Below are positions 18,594 through 27,954 of a stretch of DNA of 64,000 nucleotides, piece after piece. Source of the stretch: Prevotella sp. (lineage in GTDB: Bacteria > Bacteroidota > Bacteroidia > Bacteroidales > Bacteroidaceae); assembly GCA_017941345.1 (NCBI GenBank), contig JAGAWQ010000007.1:39108-103107 (forward strand). Direction: 5' to 3'. The notes under the pieces were generated by a model. That model was not told the origin of the DNA and searched no databases. It saw only the letters and a program-made list of their open reading frames with translations. The position numbers and the translations under genes were made by a program. Numbering within the stretch: position 1 is the first letter of the stretch; each line of letters opens with the position of its first letter.

Positions 18594-19154
18594 ATGCTTG
18601 ATATTGAGAAAATTATACAGACAGAGATTCCCGACATTGCTCCTGTATATGGCGGTGTAAGAGGGCGTACCATATCGTCTCACAAGCAGGCATACGCTTG
18701 GAAGACGATAGTGGCATCAGGACTCCGACAGGTGATAGACCTTCGGAAGGATTATTCTGCGGACAGATACCCAGAACTATGTCGCCAATATGGAGTGGAT
18801 TACTTTCATTACCCTATCGACAACGACCGTGAGACTATAGCTAAGATGGTGGAACAGTTTCCTATATTCTGTAAGAAGATAGATAAAGGAGGTTTTTATA
18901 TAGCCTGTGCTATGGGACTTCATCGGACAGACATTGCTCTCTGCACCTATTGGATGTTCTACGGAGCGGATAAGGGTATTTCTCCACCTCCCATTAGAGG
19001 TTACAGACTGGAAGATGGTCACAATACCAACAAAATCATGCGTGTGCTTAATGCCTTCTATCAGTATAAGGCAGAAGTGGATGGCAAAGAACCAATGCCC
19101 ATTGAGGTGTTCAAGGAGCGTAAGAAAATGATTAATGATTTGAGCAAAGAATAA
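18594..19154 (+). CDS. Dual-specificity/tyrosine phosphatase family (CX5R)
   Basis: VIDLR and ACAMGLHRT P-loop. Confidence 0.8.
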   Translation: MLDIEKIIQTEIPDIAPVYGGVRGRTISSHKQAYAWKTIVASGLRQVIDLRKDYSADRYPELCRQYGVDYFHYPIDNDRETIAKMVEQFPIFCKKIDKGGFYIACAMGLHRTDIALCTYWMFYGADKGISPPPIRGYRLEDGHNTNKIMRVLNAFYQYKAEVDGKEPMPIEVFKERKKMINDLSKE

Positions 19155-19159
19155 GGACT

Positions 19160-19996
19160 ATGGAGAAGTGTAAGTTAAGGAAAGGCGACAGAATTTATGA
19201 GTGTCGGTATCATGAGGCGACATTGACGGAACTTGTTGAAGATCCGAAGTTGCGTGTGCAGGGGGAGGATTCTCATTATTGGCACTGGAAAGCCAAAGTG
19301 ATAGAAACCAATTCCCATAACGTCGTGCCTGGGGATATTGTAGAGTTCGGTATTTTGGAAGAAGCACCTCAATACGGCCCACACTTATATCGCCAGAATG
19401 TGTATGAAGTTGGCTATGATGCCGCAGAACCTGTATTGCCACCCTTTGATACGAGTGTGGATGATATTTTGGATAGTCCAGATTTAATTTCTGGTTTGTC
19501 ATTCCATAGCGATGAACGGGGCATTACGTGTCAAGGACACCCATTGCTTGAAAAATTGTCTATTCACCCCATAGGTGAAGGTATGCTGTGGATAGGAGAC
19601 AGTCATGGCCCTCTGTTCTTCGCTAATTCCCAGACAGGTAAGGCAAGGCAATTATTAGATGAAACAAGTCATTTGGTGGGATTTGAAGAAAAGGATTTCG
19701 ACAGGGAGAAACTAAAGACTGTAGAACATCCGTATGATGTCAACCATAAATATGTGGACTATGGTGGACTGGGACGGTATTGGGATTTCAGCGATGGCAT
19801 CTGTTGCCTTTGTTGGATGCTTCACCCAGATGGACGCTATTATGCTGATGAAGATGGATTTGGAATGGAGGATGACGATGAGGAAAACATCTACTGCATC
19901 ATTGATAGTAACCTCCGTATTATTATTCCTTGGCAGCCAATGACCGATGGAGAGATGGCTGCTAAAATGAGAGAAGCTAAAGAAAAGATACTGTAA
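19160..19996 (+). CDS. Hypothetical protein
   Basis: 278-aa ORF with operonic spacing; acidic PDGRYYADEDGFG motif. Confidence 0.65.
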   Translation: MEKCKLRKGDRIYECRYHEATLTELVEDPKLRVQGEDSHYWHWKAKVIETNSHNVVPGDIVEFGILEEAPQYGPHLYRQNVYEVGYDAAEPVLPPFDTSVDDILDSPDLISGLSFHSDERGITCQGHPLLEKLSIHPIGEGMLWIGDSHGPLFFANSQTGKARQLLDETSHLVGFEEKDFDREKLKTVEHPYDVNHKYVDYGGLGRYWDFSDGICCLCWMLHPDGRYYADEDGFGMEDDDEENIYCIIDSNLRIIIPWQPMTDGEMAAKMREAKEKIL

Positions 19997-20026
19997 TGTA
20001 TCATAGAGTTGTAAAAAACAAAATAC

Positions 20027-20587
20027 GTGTTTAGGAAATTATATATAAAGTGGTTAGTCTGGAGGGGAAAGGCTGTAGATATATGGTCAAAGACTGAGTA
20101 CCCCGCTGATGTATTGTCGAATCTCTGCAGCAACGGGTTCCGTTTTGACGGAATGATGTGTGGCAGTATGGAGGGATTCCTACAGTCACTGAAGCAGAAA
20201 GACAAGGACAAGCAGCGGCAGATATGTTCCATGAAGGGTAAGAATGCTAAGAAGATGACTTCTACAGGTTGGCAGACAGACCAGATAGTATGGTGGAAGG
20301 GCAATCCGATAGACCGTCAGTCTGCTGACTACTATTCCTTTGTCAGTGCGGCATACCTGACTATGTTTGAACAGAACGAACGTTTCCGTACTGCTCTGAT
20401 GTCAACAAGAGGTATGGCTCTCTATCACAGTCGTGGGGAACAGAACCCTTATAAGACCATACTGACAGAGCGTGAGTTTTGTCAAATACTCACAGAACTG
20501 CGTGATGACTACGACAAGCGTGACAAGCACTTGGGCAGGATAAAAATAGTCTTTGAAGAAGATGGAACAGAAGAAGTTACAGGGTAA
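20027..20587 (+). CDS. NADAR/YbiA-like protein of the phage T4 gp30.3 type
   Basis: LSNL...F.FDG..CGSMEGFLQSLK, F..AL.ST...L.HS.G and TILTE.EF motifs. Confidence 0.7.
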   Translation: MFRKLYIKWLVWRGKAVDIWSKTEYPADVLSNLCSNGFRFDGMMCGSMEGFLQSLKQKDKDKQRQICSMKGKNAKKMTSTGWQTDQIVWWKGNPIDRQSADYYSFVSAAYLTMFEQNERFRTALMSTRGMALYHSRGEQNPYKTILTEREFCQILTELRDDYDKRDKHLGRIKIVFEEDGTEEVTG

Positions 20588-20996
20588 GGCAAAGTTCCTT
20601 GGATGGGGATTCGTAAGCGGAGCTTATGGCCCTGTTATATCTATAACCCGATGCTTGTTGAATGGCTGTAAATTAGTCATGTGGACGGATGCTGGTATTT
20701 GGTATATGGAGAATAATGACATCAAGGAGGCCGCAGAGAACTTTGGCGTGGGACTACGTTTAGTTGAACTTCGTGAAGTCAATAGAAATAATATTGAAGC
20801 TATTGAAGCAATTTTTGAACCAATACCAGAAGCAGCTCAAAGGTCTATTTACGTGCATGGCATAAGGAGGATGCCCCCTGCAAACGCATATGTCTTAGCG
20901 ACTGATTTCGCTGGAGAATTTGGCATTCTGTTATATAGAGAGGATCAAAATGGAGAGCGTACTTTTCTGTGGGGCGATGACTACATATTCAAGTAA
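20553..20996 (+). CDS. Hypothetical protein
   Basis: ORF followed by a terminator; ATG near 20562. Confidence 0.55.
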   Translation: MKKMEQKKLQGKAKFLGWGFVSGAYGPVISITRCLLNGCKLVMWTDAGIWYMENNDIKEAAENFGVGLRLVELREVNRNNIEAIEAIFEPIPEAAQRSIYVHGIRRMPPANAYVLATDFAGEFGILLYREDQNGERTFLWGDDYIFK

Positions 20997-21022
20997 TAGG
21001 TGACTCTGTTTCAAACCTTTAT

Positions 21023-21058
21023 AATCCTCTTGCATTGTTTCGTGTGAGAGGATTTTTT
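21023..21058 (+). terminator. Intrinsic terminator
   Basis: aatcctcttgca pairs with tgtgagaggatt, followed by a T run. Confidence 0.75.
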
Positions 21059-21160
21059 CATTTTTATTTTATAGAAATGGTTACTTACATAGCTCATCTA
21101 ATCATAAAGGGGTAAAAGAACATACAGAAGTTGTGCCCGACACGAAGCAGGGTATATGTT

Positions 21161-21526
21161 ATGTCTAAAAGACTGATAGTGCTGATTATCGCTGCTGCAT
21201 GTGGCCTGTTTGCTTTCTCGCAGAGCAGTTACTACATGGATAAGGCCAAGGGCTATATGCGCGATGCTGAGTATTATACGAAGAAGGCTGAAGGATATGA
21301 CCGAGAAGCAGAGTATTATAACAAGAAAGCCCAGGGGTATCTGCGAGAAGCGGACTACTATTCAAAAAACAAGAAATTCGACAAAGCTAAGACTTACAGC
21401 AAATGGGCAAGTGAGGCATCGGACAAGGCCCGTTTACAGATGAAATGGGCAAATGAGGCGAGAGAGAATGCCCGACTCAGGATGCGTTGGGCAAGGGAAG
21501 CAATGGAAAAGGCAAGAAGGATGTAG
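21161..21526 (+). CDS. Small secreted helical-repeat protein
   Basis: Signal peptide; 14-aa repeats YY..KA.GY.R.AE and KWA.EA...ARL.M. Confidence 0.7.
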   Translation: MSKRLIVLIIAAACGLFAFSQSSYYMDKAKGYMRDAEYYTKKAEGYDREAEYYNKKAQGYLREADYYSKNKKFDKAKTYSKWASEASDKARLQMKWANEARENARLRMRWAREAMEKARRM

Positions 21527-21548
21527 AACGATTAAAGATGTTATGATT

Positions 21549-23414
21549 ATGATGCAGAACTACGACATGATGATTCAAGAGAAGGCTCAGAGAGTTTTCT
21601 CTGTGATGGAAAAGAGAGTTTCACCAGATGACGTGAGACGCATTGTTGAGGCTTTTGAATTTGCCCATTTGGCTCATGCAGACCAGAAGCGCAAGTCGGG
21701 CGAACCTTATATCTTCCACCCTATTGCCGTAGCTAACATTGTGGCAGAAGAGCTGATGCTGGGCGCGAACCCGGTTATCGCAGCATTCCTTCACGATGTA
21801 GTTGAGGATACGGACTATACGATTGATGATATTCAGCAGCGTTTTGGCGATGACGTGGCTTTTCTGGTGCGTGTTGTGACCAAACAAGAGAAGGAACACT
21901 ACGAGATGTCAAGACAGATGGACAACTACAAGCAGATGCTCGACTCCATTCATTACGACATTCGTGCCCTGCTGATTAAGTTGGCAGACCGTCTTCACAA
22001 TATGAGGACGCTGGGGAGTATGCCGCCTCAGAAGCAGATGAAGATTGCCGGAGAGACGGACTACTTCTATGCACCTCTGGCCAATCGTCTTGGCTTGTAT
22101 AACATCAAGGTGGAGTTGGAGAACCTGAGTCTTCGCTATCGCTGTCCCCATGAGTATGGAGAGCTTGAGGCAAAAATTCAAAGGGATAAGGAGCAGCGGG
22201 AGGGGCGCTTGTCCGCTTTCGTCTCGAAGATCAATGAGATTCTGGAGCAGAACGGCATTCATGCCAGTGTGACAGCAGAGTACCGAGAGCCTTACAGCCT
22301 ATGGCGCAAGATGCGCAGGACGGGCATGGACTTCAACCACTTGCCAGACCGTCATTTTGTGGAAATCGTGTTCCCGTGCGAGGATGTGGAGCAGGAGAAG
22401 GATATGGTGCTGACGATTTACTCACGGTTGACGACGGTATTCCGGGAGAAGCCCTGCGGCATACTCAACTATATCGACTCGCCCAAGGAGAACGGATACC
22501 AGAGTTTCCATGTACAGTTGCTTTCCCACTATGGCTGTTGGGAGGAGGTACACATCTCCACAGAGCGCATGATTCGCCATAACACTATCGGGATTGTCGC
22601 TGAGCGCGAGGAGAGCAATATACGCAGATGGGTGGAGCGTTTCCGCAATGTTCTGAAGGATATGGAGTTTCACCAGAAGGAAGGTGGTTTCATTCAGAAT
22701 GTAGTCACTTCGTTCTATAATGATGATATCATGGTATTCACTCCCAAGGGTCAGGCTATTAACCTCCCAAAGAAGGCTACTGCACTCGACTTCGCCTTTG
22801 AGATTCATAGTCATATCGGTGAGCATGCCCACTATGCGCGAGTCAATGGCCAGCTCGCTTCCATCAAGACGGTGCTGCATCGCGGTGACGTTGTGGAAAT
22901 CTTTACCAAGCAGAGCATAGCTCCCCTTATGGAATGGAATGATGTGGTTGTTACTTATAAGGCCAAGCGGTTCTTGAAGAGCTACTTTGCCAAGCAGGAG
23001 AAGCCTGCTTTCCATCGCTGTCCTTGTTGTAACCCCATTCCAGGAGAAGAGGTTATCGGGTTCAAGGAATCAGATGGGAGTGTAACGATTCATAAGCGAA
23101 GCTGTCCTTCGGCCATAGAAATTGCTTCCCAACAGGGCGATTCCATTGTTTCGGTAGATTTTCTGGAGGATGAGAAGGTACTCTATCCTGTCAGCATACA
23201 GATAGTGGCTGTTGACCGATTCCATCTGCTGAGCGACATGACTAACTGCATCACAAATGAGTTACGCCTGTCTATCGATGCACTGACAACAAAAACCGTT
23301 GCCTGCATCGTAAACTGCACAATCTCTTTTGGAGTCCACTCTTTCGGGGAGTTGCAGACCATCATCAGCCACATTTCTGCCATTGAAGGCATTGACGAAG
23401 TAAAGAGAATATAA
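21549..23414 (+). CDS. RelA/SpoT homologue (HD hydrolase, synthetase-like, TGS, ACT)
   Basis: RKSGEPY..HP, HDVVED, KLADRLHNMRTL, KENGYQSFH, TGS motif VFTPKG...DFAF.IHS; ACT-like C-terminus. Confidence 0.9.
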   Translation: MMQNYDMMIQEKAQRVFSVMEKRVSPDDVRRIVEAFEFAHLAHADQKRKSGEPYIFHPIAVANIVAEELMLGANPVIAAFLHDVVEDTDYTIDDIQQRFGDDVAFLVRVVTKQEKEHYEMSRQMDNYKQMLDSIHYDIRALLIKLADRLHNMRTLGSMPPQKQMKIAGETDYFYAPLANRLGLYNIKVELENLSLRYRCPHEYGELEAKIQRDKEQREGRLSAFVSKINEILEQNGIHASVTAEYREPYSLWRKMRRTGMDFNHLPDRHFVEIVFPCEDVEQEKDMVLTIYSRLTTVFREKPCGILNYIDSPKENGYQSFHVQLLSHYGCWEEVHISTERMIRHNTIGIVAEREESNIRRWVERFRNVLKDMEFHQKEGGFIQNVVTSFYNDDIMVFTPKGQAINLPKKATALDFAFEIHSHIGEHAHYARVNGQLASIKTVLHRGDVVEIFTKQSIAPLMEWNDVVVTYKAKRFLKSYFAKQEKPAFHRCPCCNPIPGEEVIGFKESDGSVTIHKRSCPSAIEIASQQGDSIVSVDFLEDEKVLYPVSIQIVAVDRFHLLSDMTNCITNELRLSIDALTTKTVACIVNCTISFGVHSFGELQTIISHISAIEGIDEVKRI

Positions 23415-23415
23415 C

Positions 23416-24006
23416 ATGATAAGAACAGACACGTCTATGAAATTGATTTATTTCCATGGTTTTGGCTCTTCAGCAGCCAGTGGAACCATCCGTACATTGA
23501 GGGAGAAGTTGCCGGACTTCGAGGTGATAGCACCAGACATTCCTGTTGATCCGGCAGAAGCTTTACCCTTTCTGCGAGAGCTATGTGAAAAAGAACAGCC
23601 AAACGTGGTAGTCGGAACGAGTATGGGAGGAATGTATGCCCAGCAGATGTTTGGCTTTAACCGCATCTGTGTCAATCCGGCTTTCTTCATGTCGAAGACC
23701 AGTAAGGTGTTGAAGGTTGGAACCTTTGAGTTCTTCAAGCCACGTCTTGACGGGCAAAAGGAGTTTACCATTACAGAGGAGATAATCGCACATTTTGCTG
23801 AGATGGAAGCCCGCCAGTTCGACGGTGTTACTCCTTCTGACTCAGAACGAGTATGGGGGATGTTTGGCATCAATGACACGCTGGTAAACTGTGAGGAAGC
23901 ATTCTTTCAGCACTATCACAATATTATCCACTTCTCAGGTGGTCATCGCTTGGACGATATAACCATCAATGAAATACTGATACCGCTTATTCACTTGATG
24001 GCATAA
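23416..24006 (+). CDS. YqiA/YcfP-like alpha/beta hydrolase
   Basis: YFHGFGSS, GTSMGG nucleophile elbow, VNPA, D, GGH. Confidence 0.85.
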   Translation: MIRTDTSMKLIYFHGFGSSAASGTIRTLREKLPDFEVIAPDIPVDPAEALPFLRELCEKEQPNVVVGTSMGGMYAQQMFGFNRICVNPAFFMSKTSKVLKVGTFEFFKPRLDGQKEFTITEEIIAHFAEMEARQFDGVTPSDSERVWGMFGINDTLVNCEEAFFQHYHNIIHFSGGHRLDDITINEILIPLIHLMA

Positions 24007-24099
24007 ATTATTTTTGCCTGAACAGATAGAAAAAGTGCATAGTTGATACTCTCTACCAATGTAAACAAGAATGTATAACCCACAAATTTGGAGGTCAGA

Positions 24100-25083
24100 A
24101 TGAACGTAAAGACAAATGCAGAAAAGGAGTGGCTCCGCAAGATGAATGGTGGGATGCCCATGCGCAAGGAAACAGAACCTGCACCAGTAAGAGCGGAAGT
24201 TGCTCAGAAGGAGAGCAAGCCCGTGAAGAATGAGGGCAGAGGGTTTAAAGACGTTGCAGGAATGGATGACCTGAAACGTTTGGTGATTGAGGGCTTTATC
24301 AACGTCTTGAATAACCGTGAATGTGCCAAAGCGTTTGGTGTGACACCTCCAAGTCTGCTGTTCTATGGTCCAGCAGGATGCGGTAAGACATTCTTCGCTG
24401 AGAAGATTGCCGAGGAAGTGGGTGTGAACTTCATGAAGGTCGTACCAGATGACATTGCATCTACCCTTGTACATGGTACCCAGGAGAAGGTTGCAGATGT
24501 GTTTAGGAGAGCTGCCAAATCAGCACCGACTCTCATCTTCTTCGACGAGTTCGATGCGATGGTACCGCGTCGCTCCAATGATGACCGTAACTATCAGAAC
24601 GGCGAGGTCAATGAGTTTCTCTGCATGCTGAACAATGCCTCGGAAAAGGGTGTCTATGTGCTGGCAGCAACCAATCACCCGGAGCGCATTGACAAAGCGG
24701 TACTGAGAACGGGGAGAATCGATGAAATGATATATGTTGACATGCCTGACAAAGAGGCACGTGAGAGCCTTTTCAGACTGGCATTGTCAAAGTTGCCAAC
24801 GGCAGAGGATATTGACTTCGTGAAACTGGCTGATATGACAAAAGGCTACAACTGTAGTGACATCAGCTATATCATTAAGGTCGCCTCGCGCAAGATGTTC
24901 AATGCAAGCATTGCAGAGAAAGAGAAGCCTTACAAGGTAATCACGCAGGCATTGCTTGAGGACACCATCTCTCACAAGTCGCCATCGGTGAGCAGCAAGG
25001 ATCTCCGCGAATACGAACGTATCCGCAGTGAGTTCTCCCCCAAGGATGAGGGCTGCAAACACCAGGCTATCGGTTTTCATTAA
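24100..25083 (+). CDS. Single-domain classic AAA ATPase
   Basis: Walker A GPAGCGKT, Walker B IFFDEFD, SRH ATNHPERIDKAVLRTGRID; C-terminal IGF. Confidence 0.9.
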   Translation: MNVKTNAEKEWLRKMNGGMPMRKETEPAPVRAEVAQKESKPVKNEGRGFKDVAGMDDLKRLVIEGFINVLNNRECAKAFGVTPPSLLFYGPAGCGKTFFAEKIAEEVGVNFMKVVPDDIASTLVHGTQEKVADVFRRAAKSAPTLIFFDEFDAMVPRRSNDDRNYQNGEVNEFLCMLNNASEKGVYVLAATNHPERIDKAVLRTGRIDEMIYVDMPDKEARESLFRLALSKLPTAEDIDFVKLADMTKGYNCSDISYIIKVASRKMFNASIAEKEKPYKVITQALLEDTISHKSPSVSSKDLREYERIRSEFSPKDEGCKHQAIGFH

Positions 25084-25121
25084 GCAATAATTATCAAACA
25101 ACAAGAGAAAGGACAAAGATT

Positions 25122-25559
25122 ATGAAGGAACAGATTTTGAACGTATTTGCAAAGCTGGGCTTCCAGCTGGAGGAAATGGAAGGCTTCGGTTATGGCTTTC
25201 AGTATGAGGGTATCAACTATCTCTTTATGCCCAATGAGGATGATGAGGAGTTCTTGAACATCTCCGTTCCTGCTATTCTGGAGATTAACGATGATAATAT
25301 CCATGCTGCCCTCATGCTGATGGACAAGATGAATTCAACGCTGAAGTATGTCAAGGCCAACAAACTTGGTGATGGCTTGTGGCTGTTCTACGAGCGTGAG
25401 CTGTTTGGTGGTGAGGATTTGGAGAAACTGGTGTCACGAATGATTCTTCATCTGGAAGCAGCCATGAACTTCTTCCGCAACACGATGGCAAGCATCAAGA
25501 GTGAGCTAGAGAAGGATGACGACAGTACTCCGACGGATGACACCGAAGAGGCTGCATGA
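25122..25559 (+). CDS. YbjN/T3SS-chaperone-like protein
   Basis: Small acidic protein with a MN..LKYVKA pattern; similar to the next ORF. Confidence 0.55.
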   Translation: MKEQILNVFAKLGFQLEEMEGFGYGFQYEGINYLFMPNEDDEEFLNISVPAILEINDDNIHAALMLMDKMNSTLKYVKANKLGDGLWLFYERELFGGEDLEKLVSRMILHLEAAMNFFRNTMASIKSELEKDDDSTPTDDTEEAA

Positions 25560-25579
25560 ACAATTAAAGTGGATTAACA

Positions 25580-25978
25580 ATGAACAAGAAGGAATTGATA
25601 CTCCAGATACTGGAGAAGATGGGCTACAAGCCTGAGATAGATGGTGATGGCGACATTTTGGTTCGCTATCAGATGAAGACTATCTTTGTCTTTGTTGGTG
25701 ATGAGGAGGACTCCTATGTTGCTGTTTTCCTACCTCAGTTTCATGAGATTGCCGAAGGAGAGGAACCCCTTGTCCTTGCTACCTGTAACAAGATGACACG
25801 AGAACTGAAGCTGGCCAAAGTGTTTGTTGACCAGACCTTCAAGAATGTTTCAGCCTCCTGTGAGTTCTTCTATGCCAACGAGGAATCACTGGAGAACAGT
25901 CTGGACAAGTCACTCCAAATGCTTGGCGTAGTTCGATCCCAGTTTAGAAAGAATAAGACGGAATTGAGTGAAGGATAG
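25580..25978 (+). CDS. YbjN-domain protein
   Basis: LEKMGYKPEIDGDGDI and CNK.TRELKLAKV patterns. Confidence 0.7.
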   Translation: MNKKELILQILEKMGYKPEIDGDGDILVRYQMKTIFVFVGDEEDSYVAVFLPQFHEIAEGEEPLVLATCNKMTRELKLAKVFVDQTFKNVSASCEFFYANEESLENSLDKSLQMLGVVRSQFRKNKTELSEG

Positions 25979-26006
25979 AGTAAGAACAATTTAAAGAAAG
26001 GAAAAA

Positions 26007-26930
26007 GTGATGAAGAAGTTTATTGTATTGACAATATTGGCCATGTTGATGGCGAGTTGCTCCGAACAGCATTTGCTGGATGATTATGTGAGCCAGGCAT
26101 CTGCTCAGTTGAGTGAGCAAGAACCCTCTCAGGCTGGCATAGTCAATTCCTATCTGGAAAAGGCCAGATGGGGAGATGCTGATGCCTTCTTGAATCTGGC
26201 AAAGTGTTACCATGATGGAATCGGCGTAAAATCTGATTTCATGGGAACCTTAACCATGCTGATGATGGCAGATCAATATGGTGTTTCCAATCATAGTATC
26301 GAAGACTACCTTATGTCTTTGCCTGACACGGATCATACTAAGATGATATTTGAAGCTATAGCGAAACTGGATAGGAGGAACATCCTGCCAACTGATAGTA
26401 TTGTTGAGAATCTTATTGCAAATGGATCTGCTGATGGTTATGCATTAAGAGGTGTTGTTCAGGTTGAGCGAGGAGATACACTTGGTGGCCAGCAGTCTAT
26501 TAAGAAAGGAGCAGAAATGGGAAGTTCCTTTGCAGAACTACTACTTTGTGCTTTTCCGGCTGAAGAGACCGGGTATGGGAAATATGTGAATATTGATATG
26601 CTTAGAAATATGTCGAGTCGCTCTCCTGTAGCCAATAAATTGTTGGGGGACATCTATTCAGGCTATAATTATGGAGAGACGGCCAATATTGACGAATCTC
26701 TTGCTGCTATCTATTATAAGAAAGCTGATGAACAGGGATGTCTCGGTAAACGACCAGCACGTTGGTTAATCAATTATTACGACCGTAATGGAATCAAGAT
26801 TGATGCCAAGGAATTGGAACGGTTACAGATATTAAGTGGTCATATTGATGAGCCAGGAGAGTTTATCCCCGATTCGGTTTACGTAGGTCCAGAATATCTC
26901 GAGGCAGACTCTGTAGCCACATCAGAATAA
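26007..26930 (+). CDS. Sel1-like repeat lipoprotein
   Basis: Lipobox MASC; GDADAFLNLAKCYHDGIGV and LGDIY.G...A..YYKKA.EQG. Confidence 0.7.
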   Translation: MMKKFIVLTILAMLMASCSEQHLLDDYVSQASAQLSEQEPSQAGIVNSYLEKARWGDADAFLNLAKCYHDGIGVKSDFMGTLTMLMMADQYGVSNHSIEDYLMSLPDTDHTKMIFEAIAKLDRRNILPTDSIVENLIANGSADGYALRGVVQVERGDTLGGQQSIKKGAEMGSSFAELLLCAFPAEETGYGKYVNIDMLRNMSSRSPVANKLLGDIYSGYNYGETANIDESLAAIYYKKADEQGCLGKRPARWLINYYDRNGIKIDAKELERLQILSGHIDEPGEFIPDSVYVGPEYLEADSVATSE

Positions 26931-26958
26931 GTCGTATAACCTTTAAAACAAAAGAAAA

Positions 26959-27684
26959 ATGGAAGAAGTAAAGAACGAAACAAAGCAGACGAAGACACAG
27001 GTATTTAACGTGGTCATTCTTGATAAGAGTGGATCGATGGAATCCATTCGTAAGGCTGCCATCAGCGGCTTTAATGAGACACTTGCAGGAATCAAGAAAG
27101 CTCAGGAAAAGTTTGCTGATACACAGGAACACAATCTCTCGTTGGTGACTTTTTGCGAGTGTGAGACGAAATATGTATTTGATAAAGTTCCTGTTTGCGA
27201 GGCTCGTCCATTGACAATGGATGACTATCAGCCATGTTGCTGCACTCCTTTGTACGATGCTATGGGGTTCACGCTGACCACTATGCGCAAACATGTAAAG
27301 ACTGTGGATGATGCTGTAGTTGTCGTTACCATCATTACCGATGGTCTGGAGAACGCGTCGAAGGAATACACTGGAGCTGCTGTCAGGGAACTCGTTGAGC
27401 AGCTGAAGGGTGAGGGTTGGACATTCACCTACATGGGTGCCAATCAGGATTCAACCGAGATAGCTTTCAATCTCTCCATCCGTAACTCGCGTAACTTTGA
27501 TTACACAGCACAAGGAACGATGGGTGCTATGGCAAAAGATAGTAGTACAAGAATGAATTTCTTTGGTCGTCTGCACGATTTTCGCAGTGAATCAAAGGGA
27601 AAGGGTATGAGTTCAGAAGAACGCAATGCATGTTACTCTGCAATGGCTAATGACGCCTTTGATGAGGAAGAAGGTAAAGTATAA
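26959..27684 (+). CDS. VWA-domain protein
   Basis: ILDKSGSM MIDAS, TPLYDA, IITDGLENAS, YMGAN. Confidence 0.85.
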   Translation: MEEVKNETKQTKTQVFNVVILDKSGSMESIRKAAISGFNETLAGIKKAQEKFADTQEHNLSLVTFCECETKYVFDKVPVCEARPLTMDDYQPCCCTPLYDAMGFTLTTMRKHVKTVDDAVVVVTIITDGLENASKEYTGAAVRELVEQLKGEGWTFTYMGANQDSTEIAFNLSIRNSRNFDYTAQGTMGAMAKDSSTRMNFFGRLHDFRSESKGKGMSSEERNACYSAMANDAFDEEEGKV

Positions 27685-27897
27685 ATTGAAATAGTACAAA
27701 ACGAATACGAATATGAAACGTTATATCATTCTGGATTGTCAGCAATGGAACAGAGAAGTGTGTACTTAATTCAAGCCTCGAAACGTACTTCCATACACCA
27801 GCCCTAACGTTTGGATAAATGAAGGATGGATGACGAAAAACGTAGAAAACTACGGGAAGAGGCATTGAAAGCCCTATCCGAAGATGAGAGATAAGTC

Positions 27898-27937
27898 AAT
27901 AAGACTGGCGACAAATCAAATGTTCGTCAGTCTTATT
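27898..27937. repeat. Palindrome of the GACTGRYGACA-N7-TGT(T)CGTCAGTC family
   Basis: aataagactggcga pairs with tcgtcagtcttatt; related copies at 16821-16850 and 35977-36031. Confidence 0.7.
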
Positions 27938-27954
27938 TATATATTATTACGACT

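Noticed and set aside
27713-27894. Tiny ORF fragments after the VWA gene
   Set aside because: About 20 codons each; probably a decayed gene remnant that cannot be identified
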